NCBI GenBank assembly: GCA_035577965.1
Contig: DATJYX010000078.1
Location: forward strand, 20,590 to 84,589
Length of the DNA stretch: 64,000 nucleotides
Reading direction: 5' to 3'
Origin: Vicinamibacteria bacterium
GTDB lineage: Bacteria; Acidobacteriota; Vicinamibacteria; Fen-336
Under the pieces are notes generated by a model, which worked only from the letters and a program-made list of their open reading frames with translations, had not been told where the DNA came from and made no database searches. The first letter of the stretch is position 1, and each line of letters begins with the position of its first letter. The position numbers and the translations under genes are program-made. Below, piece after piece: positions 48,559-59,528 of the stretch.

Positions 48559-49506
48559 ATGCACATACCGGACGGCTTCCTGAGCGCGGGCGTGTGCGCG
48601 GGCACGTGGGCGGCCTCGGCCGCGACCCTCGGCTGGGCGCTCCGCGGGGAGAGACGGGACGCCGAGCGCGTCCCCGCGGGGACGCTCGGCGCCCTCTCCG
48701 CCTTCGTGTTCGCGGTCCAGATGGTCAACGTTCCTCTCTTGCCCGGCACGAGCGGGCACCTCGTGGGCGGGATGCTGGCCGCGGCCCTCGTCGGTCCCGG
48801 GCGGGGGCTCGTCGTCATGGCCGTGGTGCTGGCCGTGCAGGCCCTGCTCTTCCAGGACGGCGGCGTCACGACGTTCGGCGCGAACCTCCTCACGATGGGT
48901 GGAGCGGGATCCCTCGGAGGGCACGCGGTGGCCTCGCTGGTGATCCGCGTCGTTCCCGGGGTGCGGGGGCTCGTGGCGGGGCCGGTGGTCGGCGCGTTCG
49001 TGGGCACGCTCGTCGGGGCGGCCTTCGTCGCCCTGGCCCTCGCCCTCTCGGGCCTCTACCCGGTCTGGGCCGTGCTCCCCGTGCTCCTCTCGCTCCACCT
49101 GCCGATCGCGCTCCTCGAGGCCGCTCTCACCGGCGCGATCCTGGCCACGGTCCTGCGCTGGCGTCCCGACCTCGTCCGAGGCCTGCAGGCGGCGGGCCGG
49201 CCCTCCTCCCGCTCCGCTCCCGTTCTCGGCGGCTTCGTCGTCGCGCTCGCGGTGGCGGCGTTCCTCGCCCCGTTCGCCTCGAGGCTGCCGGACGGGCTCG
49301 AGGCGGCGGCCGAGCGGCTCGGCTTCGCGGGGGCGGCGCGCGCGCTCTGGCCGGCTCCGGCACCCGACTACGCGCTGCCGTGGTCGGCGCTCGGGCGCGC
49401 CGGGACGGCCGTGGCCGGCGTCCTCGGGACCGTGGCCACGGCCGTGCTCGCCTGGGGCCTCTCGCGCGGGACGAGCGCGCCGCGGGAGAAGGGACCCCGC
49501 CGGTGA
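48559..49506 (+). CDS. cbiM: ECF-type cobalt/nickel transporter substrate-capture component CbiM with C-terminal CbiN-like two-helix extension
   Basis: Hallmark N-terminus MHIPDGFL, and 315 aa compared with about 230 aa for CbiM alone. The extra C-terminal region has two TM helices like CbiN. Confidence 0.8.
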   Translation: MHIPDGFLSAGVCAGTWAASAATLGWALRGERRDAERVPAGTLGALSAFVFAVQMVNVPLLPGTSGHLVGGMLAAALVGPGRGLVVMAVVLAVQALLFQDGGVTTFGANLLTMGGAGSLGGHAVASLVIRVVPGVRGLVAGPVVGAFVGTLVGAAFVALALALSGLYPVWAVLPVLLSLHLPIALLEAALTGAILATVLRWRPDLVRGLQAAGRPSSRSAPVLGGFVVALAVAAFLAPFASRLPDGLEAAAERLGFAGAARALWPAPAPDYALPWSALGRAGTAVAGVLGTVATAVLAWGLSRGTSAPREKGPRR

Positions 49507-50135
49507 AGGGCTCGCGGCCGGGCCTCGTCCTCGCCGCCGGCCTCGCGCTGGCGGCTGCGGCCGCCCTCGCTCCGGCCGGCCTCGCCGGCTCGCCCGCTCC
49601 CGGCTGGTCGTGGGGCGTGTGGGGGCTCGCCTTCGCGGGCGGGGCCCTGGCCTTCCTCCTCGCGGGCAGCACGCTGCCGCAGGTCGTGCGGCGGCTCTCG
49701 TGGCTCCTGCCCTTCGTCCTCGTCCTCGCCGTGCCCGCCGCCCTCCTCGCCCCTCCCGGCCGTCGCCTGGGCACCGCGGCCGCCCTCGCGGCGCGGGCCC
49801 TCGCCGCGACTGCCGCCGCCGCGGGGACCGCCTTCCGGCTGGGCCCACTCGGCCTGGTGCGCGGGGCGCGGGCGCTCGGCGCTCCCGCGCGCCTCGTGGA
49901 CGTCCTGGAGACCGCGCTGGCGAGCCTCTTCGCCATGCTCGACCAGGCGACGGCCATGCTCCGCGCGCGCGAGGCCCGGCGGACGGTGCACGGGCCTTGG
50001 GCGTCGGTCGTCCGCGAGCCCACCTCGACCGTGCGGGCCTTCGGGCGCTTCGCAGGCGCGTTGCTCCTTCGGACCCTGGAGCGCGCGGAGGCCCTCGAGC
50101 GGGCCCGGCTCGCGCGCGGCGCAGACCTCCGATGA
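49503..50135 (+). CDS. cbiQ: ECF transporter transmembrane (T) component CbiQ
   Basis: The 210-aa hydrophobic ORF starts at a GTG overlapping the cbiM stop (GTGA). It sits between cbiM and cbiO. Confidence 0.65.
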   Translation: MKGSRPGLVLAAGLALAAAAALAPAGLAGSPAPGWSWGVWGLAFAGGALAFLLAGSTLPQVVRRLSWLLPFVLVLAVPAALLAPPGRRLGTAAALAARALAATAAAAGTAFRLGPLGLVRGARALGAPARLVDVLETALASLFAMLDQATAMLRAREARRTVHGPWASVVREPTSTVRAFGRFAGALLLRTLERAEALERARLARGADLR

Positions 50136-50902
50136 GCGTCGCCCCGGCGGCGGTCGAGGTCGAGGGCCTCGCGTACCACTACCCGGACGGGTCTCCCGCC
50201 CTCCGCTCGGTGTCGTTCCGGGTCGCGCCCGGCGAGCGCGTGGCCCTCCTCGGCCCCAACGGGGCCGGCAAGTCCACGCTCCTCCTGCACCTCGCCGGCC
50301 TCCTGCCCGAGAGGCAGCGCTACCTCCACCGTCACGACCCCGGCGACGCGCCCCACCGCCACGACGTCCAGGGCCGGGTGACGATCGACGGCGTCCTTCT
50401 CGATCCGGCGACGGCGCGCGCGCTGCGGGCGCGGGTGGGCATCGTCTTCGAGGACCCGGACGACCAGATCGTGGGGCTCACGGTCGAGGAGGACGTCGCG
50501 TTCGGTCCTCGCGCGCGGCGCTGGGCGCGGGGCGAGGCGGAGGCCGCGGTGCGCGAGGCGCTCGGCGCCGTCGGCCTCGAGGGACGCGAGTCCCGCTTTC
50601 CCCATCACCTCAGCAGCGGGGAGAAGCGCCGTCTCTGCCTCGCCGGCGCGCTCGCGTGCCGGCCCGGCCTGCTCCTGCTGGACGAGCCGTCGTCGGGCCT
50701 CGATCCGCGCGGGCGCCGCGAGCTGGCGGCGCTCCTGGCCGGCCTCCCGGCGACGCTGGTCGTGGCGAGCCACGACCTCTCGCTCGTGGAGCGGCTCTGC
50801 GCGCGGGCGATCGTCCTCGACGGCGGGAGCCTCGTCGCGGACGCCCCGGTCGGCGAGGTGCTCTCCGACCACGGCCTGCTCGCGCTCCACGGGCTCGCAT
50901 GA
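50132..50902 (+). CDS. cbiO: ECF transporter ATPase CbiO
   Basis: Walker A GPNGAGKST, signature LSSGEKRR, Walker B LLLDEP, and an H-loop. The ATG overlaps the cbiQ stop (ATGA). Confidence 0.85.
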   Translation: MSVAPAAVEVEGLAYHYPDGSPALRSVSFRVAPGERVALLGPNGAGKSTLLLHLAGLLPERQRYLHRHDPGDAPHRHDVQGRVTIDGVLLDPATARALRARVGIVFEDPDDQIVGLTVEEDVAFGPRARRWARGEAEAAVREALGAVGLEGRESRFPHHLSSGEKRRLCLAGALACRPGLLLLDEPSSGLDPRGRRELAALLAGLPATLVVASHDLSLVERLCARAIVLDGGSLVADAPVGEVLSDHGLLALHGLA

Positions 50903-50949
50903 AGAGTCGGGGAAGGGAACGGGAGGAGTCACGGACCGGACCGGTACAC

Positions 50950-50993
50950 GGGCTCGGGTCCCGCGGCAGGACCGACTTTCACGACCCGAGCCC
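50950..50993 (+). terminator. stem-loop (11-bp perfect stem gggctcgggtc/gacccgagccc, 22-nt loop) 48 nt after the cbiO stop
   Basis: The inverted repeat is read directly from the sequence. It lacks a U-tract, as is common in high-GC genomes. Confidence 0.3.
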
Positions 50994-51013
50994 GAGTCGC
51001 ATGTAGCATACTG

Positions 51014-53928
<2,915 letters not shown>

Positions 53929-53932
<4 letters not shown>

Positions 53933-54699
53933 TCGGCGACGAGCCCCGGTTCGACTTCGGCGCCCCGAGCGGCGGCGTCGGCTGGAGCCTGCGCGGCTCG
54001 AAGCCCGACCGCAGGGTCGAGGCTCTCTACCGCGGCCCCGCTCCCTGGCCCCGCCTCTTCGAGGCCGCCCCCGCCCTCGGCCTCGCCCTCCTCGTGTTCT
54101 GGAAGACCCGGTCCTTCGCCGCGGTGTGGCCCGCCTACGCCTACGTCGGCTTCCTCCTCCTCGACCTGCTGATCCTGCCCCAGCGCCGCCTGACGAAGTG
54201 GATCCGCAACGGCTCGGCGGCCGTCTTCGTGGTCGTGTACGGCGGCTTCGTGCTGCCTCGGCTGGGCCGGCCCGCGCCCATCGGAGGTCCGGCCCTCCTC
54301 GTCGTCCTCGCCGTCGCCGGCTTGCCCTACCTCGCCGCGAGGGGCCGTCTCGCCCTGGCCTTCGTCCGCGGCCTCGTGGGGGCCGGTCTCCTGGAGCTCG
54401 GCGCGCTCTACCTCGCGCCGACGCCCCTCGGCCCGCACGTGGCGCTGCCCCTCTTCTGCGCGGCCTTCGCGTGGGAAGAGCGCTCCGTGCTCTGGCGCTT
54501 CGTCACGCCCGCCCTCGCCGCCTACGTCGTCTTCGTCCCCCGATGGCTCGGCGGGGGCATCGAGCTCTTGCCCCACGCGATCGCGGGTCTCCTCGCCTGG
54601 GGGCTCGTGCGCTTCCTGGCCCGGGGAGGCGGCGAGCCTTCGCCCGTTCGCGAGGAGCCCGTCGACACGAGGTCCTCCACCCTCGGCCTCCGCGACTGA
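53929..54699 (+). CDS. hypothetical integral membrane protein, translationally coupled to hybrid kinase
   Basis: The 256-aa hydrophobic ORF is in-frame in track ORF 51100..54699. Its GTG start overlaps the kinase TGA (GTGA). Confidence 0.45.
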
Positions 54700-54720
54700 C
54701 CCGCGAGTCGCGGCGGGCCC

Positions 54721-55380
54721 TCAGGAGGCTGGACGGGGCTCCCACGGCCGCCCTCGCGCCCAGCCGGCGACGGCCTCTTGCAGCGCGTCGAGATGTCCTT
54801 CGAAGAAGTGATCGGCACCCGGGATCACGACGAGCTCGCGGGGCGGCGGGAGGGTCTCGACCAGCGCGCGGAGCGCCTCGCCGGAGCCGAACGCGTCACG
54901 CTCGCCCTGGACGAAGAGGCTGGGCAGGCGGGCGGCCCCGAGGCGGGCCAGCTCGCCCGCCCGATCCGCCGTCCCGATGGGGAGGCCGAGGGCGAAGGCG
55001 GAAAGGACGCGCCGGTCGCGGGCGGCCACGCGCACCGCCACGAGCGAGCCGAACGAGAACCCGCCGAGGACGAGGGGAAGGCCGGGGAGGCGTTCCTGCA
55101 GCTCGAAGAGGGCGGCCCGCGCGTCCTCCTCCTCGCCGACGCCGTAGTCGTGCACGCCCTCGCTGCGGCCGACCCCACGGAAGTTGAAGCGGAGGACGGC
55201 GAGGCCGGCCGACTGCAGCGCCTTCGCGGCGCGGAACACGACCTTGAAGTGCATCATCCCGCCGTGGAGGGGGTGCGCGTGGCAGACGACCGCTGCCGCG
55301 ACGGGGGGCGTCGGCGGGCGCATGAGGATGGCCTCGAGGCGGCCTGCAGGCCCGCGGAAGTCGAACGCCTCGTTCGGCAC
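54721..55380 (-). CDS. alpha/beta hydrolase (dienelactone-hydrolase-like)
   Basis: The C-terminal about 220 aa of the track ORF contain a nucleophile elbow GFSFGS. I chose GTG 55380 (VPNEAFDF...) or, alternatively, ATG 55323 as the start. The upstream R/G-rich part of the track ORF is a wrong-frame read-through. Confidence 0.55.
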   Translation of the reverse strand: MPNEAFDFRGPAGRLEAILMRPPTPPVAAAVVCHAHPLHGGMMHFKVVFRAAKALQSAGLAVLRFNFRGVGRSEGVHDYGVGEEEDARAALFELQERLPGLPLVLGGFSFGSLVAVRVAARDRRVLSAFALGLPIGTADRAGELARLGAARLPSLFVQGERDAFGSGEALRALVETLPPPRELVVIPGADHFFEGHLDALQEAVAGWARGRPWEPRPAS

Positions 55381-55385
55381 GTCGC

Positions 55386-56318
55386 TCAGGCGATCGGACG
55401 CAGGTCGGGGAGCGGCGGAAAGGACGTCGCGGCGTGGGTGATGACCGGGGCCGGGCGCTCGCCCCGGGCGAGGAGCGCCGCCACCTCCTGGACCGCCGGC
55501 CCGGCGACCCGGGGCAGGACGACCGTCGCCACGAGCCGCCCCTCGCGCACCATCCGCTGTCCCACGTCCGGCGCCCCGTCGCACCCCGCGACCGGGATGC
55601 GCGCCACGTCCGGCTTCCCCGTCTCCGCGGCCGCCGCGGCGAGGGCCTCGAGGGCACCGCCCGCCATGTGATCGTTCTGGCAGGCGACGAGGTCGAAGGG
55701 AATCCGGCCCCCCACCGCGAAGCGCAGCCACTCGCGCACCGTCCGCCCCGCGAACGCGGGGCTCCAGTCCCCTCCCGCGAGCACGACCTCGAACGGCGCC
55801 CCCGCCGTCGCCTCCCGCATCCCGGAGGTGCGCTCGCGCGAGGCGAGGCTGCGCAGGCTGCCCTGGATGTAGAGGACGCGCCGCCCGGCCGGAACGAGGG
55901 CCAGGAGCTGCCGGCCCTGCACGCGACCCGTCTCCACCTCGTCCGGGCACACGGTGGAGACGACCGCGGCCGGGAACTCCCGCCGCACGGCGTCGAGGTC
56001 GTCCTCGACGGCGTTCAGGAGCACGAAGTGGACGCCCGCCCCGGCCGCCTCGCGCGCCACCCGGTCGAGGCCGTGGTCCCGCACCGCCATGACCAGGAGC
56101 GCCGCCGGCCGCCGGCCCGGGTCGACGATCAGCCGGCGCAGCGCCCCGAGGTGCTCGACCAGGCTCTCGCCGGTGAACACGGTCTCGACCTCGATGCCGG
56201 CCTCGCGGCCGGCCGCCTCCGCGTCGGACTTCAGCAGCTTCTGGAACTGGTTGCTTTCGTCGACGAGGGCCAGAACGACGCGCGCAGGCAATGGCTCCTT
56301 GGTTCTCCCGCCGGCCAA
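55386..56318 (-). CDS. periplasmic-binding-protein fold (LacI/sugar-binding type I) domain protein without signal peptide
   Basis: The 310-aa ORF has alternating beta-alpha PBP type-I like segments (VLALVDESNQFQ..., VHFVLLN..). It has no HTH and no signal peptide. Confidence 0.5.
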   Translation of the reverse strand: MAGGRTKEPLPARVVLALVDESNQFQKLLKSDAEAAGREAGIEVETVFTGESLVEHLGALRRLIVDPGRRPAALLVMAVRDHGLDRVAREAAGAGVHFVLLNAVEDDLDAVRREFPAAVVSTVCPDEVETGRVQGRQLLALVPAGRRVLYIQGSLRSLASRERTSGMREATAGAPFEVVLAGGDWSPAFAGRTVREWLRFAVGGRIPFDLVACQNDHMAGGALEALAAAAAETGKPDVARIPVAGCDGAPDVGQRMVREGRLVATVVLPRVAGPAVQEVAALLARGERPAPVITHAATSFPPLPDLRPIA

Positions 56319-56358
56319 TCTAGCACGCTCGGCGGTCGAGCGGGCCGTCGAGGGCGCG

Positions 56359-56790
56359 TCAGGCGGTGGGGGGAAGGGCGGCGGCCGGCGCGTCCGCGGA
56401 TCCTGCGCGCGCCCGCGACGCCCGGGGCGGCGGGGTGTGCTGGTTCGGCTCCTTCAGCACGCGGACCGCGCCGAGCCCGCGGGCCCGTCCGAGGGTCTCG
56501 CGGCGGAGGGCCCGCTCCGTGCCCTTCGGCGCCCCGGGAACGACGGCGAGCTCGTCGAGGCGGGCGAGGAGCCCGCCGAGCCCGAGCTGGTAGCGGAGGG
56601 AGAGCGTGGCCACGCCGACGACGTGGCCCTCCTCCGACTCCGCGACGCGGACCAGGAAGCTCGGGTCCGTGATCGTCCGCCGGAACGTGCGGGCGAACGA
56701 GACGGGCTCGGGGTAGTAGCCGACGTCCTCGAGGAGCGACAGCACGGCGACCCCGTCCTGGAGCGTTGCCGGCCTCACCTGAACGCTCAT
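56359..56790 (-). CDS. GNAT-family N-acetyltransferase (possibly C-terminally disrupted)
   Basis: Met17 of the track ORF starts a GNAT core (motif A region RYQLGLGGLLARLDELAVV...). The C-terminal 30 aa are low-complexity, so a frameshift is possible. Confidence 0.45.
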   Translation of the reverse strand: MSVQVRPATLQDGVAVLSLLEDVGYYPEPVSFARTFRRTITDPSFLVRVAESEEGHVVGVATLSLRYQLGLGGLLARLDELAVVPGAPKGTERALRRETLGRARGLGAVRVLKEPNQHTPPPRASRARAGSADAPAAALPPTA

Positions 56791-57002
56791 CGTCCCCTCC
56801 TGTGCCCCCCGGGCCACGGCCTGTGTCGGCCGGGCCACGGAACCGACGCCTTTCGGCGGCCTTGCTTCGATTCGGTGAGAGGAAGTGCAAAGGAGGGGCC
56901 ACCGGGCGCTCTTCGAGCTCCGCCGAGGAGCGCGGAGGCCGGCGGCCGGGAGGGCTCACCGCCGAGCGTCTGAAGAAGACCCCGTCGCGCGCCGGGGGTC
57001 GC

Positions 57003-57497
57003 TCAGGAGCAGGCGACGGCCAGCTCCGGCTCCGGGCCGCGGCGCCGATCGTCGATCCGGGCCCGAAGCAGGTTCTCGAGCCAGACGAAGGACACCGGCT
57101 TGTGCAGGAACGCGTCGACGCCGAGGCGCGCCGCCGCCTCGGCGCGCTCGGGCGAGCCGTAGGCGGTGAGGACGACCACCGGCGGATCGTGGCGGAGGTG
57201 GCGCAGGTACGCGGCGATGGCGAGGCCCTCGGACCCCACACCGGGCGTGAGGCACACGTCCGCGATCACGGCGTCGAACGTGTTCGCGGCGAGCCGCTCG
57301 GCCGCTTCTTGCAGCGAGGCGGCGGTGTGCACCTCGAATCCCGCCCCCGCGAAGTGGGTCTGATAGGCCCGCCTCACGCTGTCTTCGTCGTCGACCACGA
57401 GGAGCCGTTCACACACGCCAGGCGGGGTTGCAAGGGCGATGCCCGGCTCTCGCACGGGCCGATCCGATTCCAATTCAACGACTTGTCGCCATGCCAC
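57003..57497 (-). CDS. single-domain response regulator (CheY-like receiver)
   Basis: The receiver has RLLVVDDEDSVR, a phospho-acceptor region (FDAVIADVCLT) and VVLTAYG. The true start is probably internal to the track ORF. Confidence 0.65.
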   Translation of the reverse strand: MAWRQVVELESDRPVREPGIALATPPGVCERLLVVDDEDSVRRAYQTHFAGAGFEVHTAASLQEAAERLAANTFDAVIADVCLTPGVGSEGLAIAAYLRHLRHDPPVVVLTAYGSPERAEAAARLGVDAFLHKPVSFVWLENLLRARIDDRRRGPEPELAVACS

Positions 57498-57600
57498 CGG
57501 ACGTGTCCGATCGCCGTTGGCGGGGAAGCGGACACGTGACAGCAGCGGGCGCGACTCGTGTCAGACTGGCGGGGGGCCTCGAACCGGGGAGGGCAGGGTC

Positions 57601-58098
57601 ATGGCCATGAGCCGCGAGGAGCGGGAGGCGCTCGTCCTGAAGTACGCGCAGGGTCCGGCGCGGGTCCGGGAGGCGCTCGCCAACGTGCCTCGGGAGGCGA
57701 TGCAGTGGCGGCCGGCGCCGGGGAGGTGGAGCGCGCACGAGATCGTCGTCCACTGCGCCGACTCCGAGACGAACGCCGCGCTCCGCATCCGCTACCTGGT
57801 CGCCGAGAAGGAGCCCCTGATCGTCGGCTACGACCAGGACGCCTGGGCCCGCGTCTTCGACTATCACGCGCAGCCGCTCGAGGACTCTTTGGCCGTCGCC
57901 GCCGCCGCGCGGTCGCGGACGGTGCCGCTGCTGCGCCGCCTGACCGACGCCGACTGGGCGAAGGCGGGCCGGCACACCGAGTCCGGCGCCTACACCGCCG
58001 AGGATTGGCTCCGGAGCTACGCGGCCCACCTCGAGGGCCACGCCCGGCAGATCGAGGGGAACATCGAGGCGTGGAAGGCGAAGCCGTCGTCACGCTGA
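57601..58098 (+). CDS. DinB/YfiT-like four-helix-bundle metal-dependent protein
   Basis: Met55 of the track ORF (MAMSREE). The H..H..H helix pattern (HEIVVHCADSE, HLEGH) is typical of the DinB_2 superfamily. Confidence 0.6.
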   Translation: MAMSREEREALVLKYAQGPARVREALANVPREAMQWRPAPGRWSAHEIVVHCADSETNAALRIRYLVAEKEPLIVGYDQDAWARVFDYHAQPLEDSLAVAAAARSRTVPLLRRLTDADWAKAGRHTESGAYTAEDWLRSYAAHLEGHARQIEGNIEAWKAKPSSR

Positions 58099-58103
58099 CC
58101 GGC

Positions 58104-59519
58104 ATGGAGCGGTCGGGCGCCGCCGTGGCCGGCGCCGGCTCCGAGCGGCTGGTCGTGCCGGGCGGGATCCCGGGGGAGAGGGTGCGGGTCCGCGCCGTGC
58201 GCTCCCTCGGCCACGCGACCCTCGCCGAGATCCTGGCCGTCGAGGAAGCGTCGCCCAACCGGGTCACGCCCCGCTGTCGCCACGCCGGCCGCTGCGGAGG
58301 CTGCGCCTGGCAGCACGTCGCCTACCCGGAGCAGCTCCGCCGCAAGGCCGCCTCGCTCGACGTGCTGCTGCGGCGTGCGATGGGCGACCGGGCGCCGAAG
58401 GTCCTGCCGGCCATCGGGATGTCGCCGGGCGGCGACGGCATGCCGTGGCGCTTCCGGCAGAAGGCCGCCTTCGTCTTCGGAGGCTCCCCCGGCGGGCTGG
58501 TCATGGGCCACTTCGCCCGGGGGACGAACGACGTCGTCCCGGTCGAAGAGTGCCCGGTGCACGCGGAGCGGGCCAACCGCATCGCCTTCGCCCTGCGCGA
58601 CGCGCTCGTAGCGGCGGGCGTCTCCCCGGCCGGGGTCGGCACGGAGGGCCTCGCGCGCCACGTCGTCGTGCGCACGAGCGGCGACGGGAGGGAAGCGGTG
58701 GCGATGCTGGTCGCGACGCGGGACGATCCCGTCCTCGGCGAGCCCCTGCGTGCCGTGCTCGCCGGAGAGGACCGGCCGGACGGCCTCGTCCTGAACCTGC
58801 ACGACCGTCCGGGGCCGTACCTCGTCGGGCGCCAGTCGAGGCGCGTCGCCGGGCCCGGGCACGTCCTCGAGGCCGCTCTCGGCCCGTCGTTCCTCGTGTC
58901 GCCGACCTCCTTCTTCCAGACGAACGTCGAGGCCGCGCGGACGCTCGTCCGCCTGGTCGTCGAGGCGATGCCGGGGGAGAGCGGCCTCCGCGTCCTCGAC
59001 CTCTACAGCGGAGGCGGGCTCATCGCACTGCCGCTCGCCCTCCGCGGCCACGCGGTCACCGCGGTCGAGGAGAGCCGGAAGGCCGCGCGCGACGCCGAGC
59101 TCAACCGGCGGCAGAACGGCGTCCCCGAGGCGCGCCTGAAGCTCGTCTGCACGTCGGTCGAAGCGGCCCTCCCCCGGCTCGCCCCCGGCGCCTTCGACGC
59201 CGTCGTCCTCGACCCGCCGCGCGAGGGCTGCCCGCCCGAGGTCGTCCGCGGCGTCTTCGGACGGCTGAAGCCCCTCCGCGGCGTCCTCGTCTCCTGCAAT
59301 CCCGAGTCCCTCGCCCGCGAGCTCCCGCTCGCCGTCGCCGAAGGCTACCGGGTCCTGCGCGTGCAGCCGCTGGACATGTTCCCCCACACGCCGCACGTGG
59401 AGGCGGTGGTCGTGCTCGAGCGCCGGGAGACGGGTGCCGGGGGGAAGGCCGTCCGGGGACAGGCAACCCAGGGACGGGCGGCCCGGCGGCCCGGACCGCC
59501 CCGCAGGAAACCGCGCTGA
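58104..59519 (+). CDS. rlmD: 23S rRNA (uracil-C5)-methyltransferase RlmD/RumA-like (TRAM domain, 4Fe-4S, SAM MTase)
   Basis: Met183 of the track ORF. It has a TRAM-like N-terminus, Fe-S cysteines (CRHAGRCGGC...C), the SAM motif DLYSGGG and the catalytic region DPPREG. Confidence 0.8.
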   Translation: MERSGAAVAGAGSERLVVPGGIPGERVRVRAVRSLGHATLAEILAVEEASPNRVTPRCRHAGRCGGCAWQHVAYPEQLRRKAASLDVLLRRAMGDRAPKVLPAIGMSPGGDGMPWRFRQKAAFVFGGSPGGLVMGHFARGTNDVVPVEECPVHAERANRIAFALRDALVAAGVSPAGVGTEGLARHVVVRTSGDGREAVAMLVATRDDPVLGEPLRAVLAGEDRPDGLVLNLHDRPGPYLVGRQSRRVAGPGHVLEAALGPSFLVSPTSFFQTNVEAARTLVRLVVEAMPGESGLRVLDLYSGGGLIALPLALRGHAVTAVEESRKAARDAELNRRQNGVPEARLKLVCTSVEAALPRLAPGAFDAVVLDPPREGCPPEVVRGVFGRLKPLRGVLVSCNPESLARELPLAVAEGYRVLRVQPLDMFPHTPHVEAVVVLERRETGAGGKAVRGQATQGRAARRPGPPRRKPR

Positions 59520-59528
59520 GCGCCCGCC

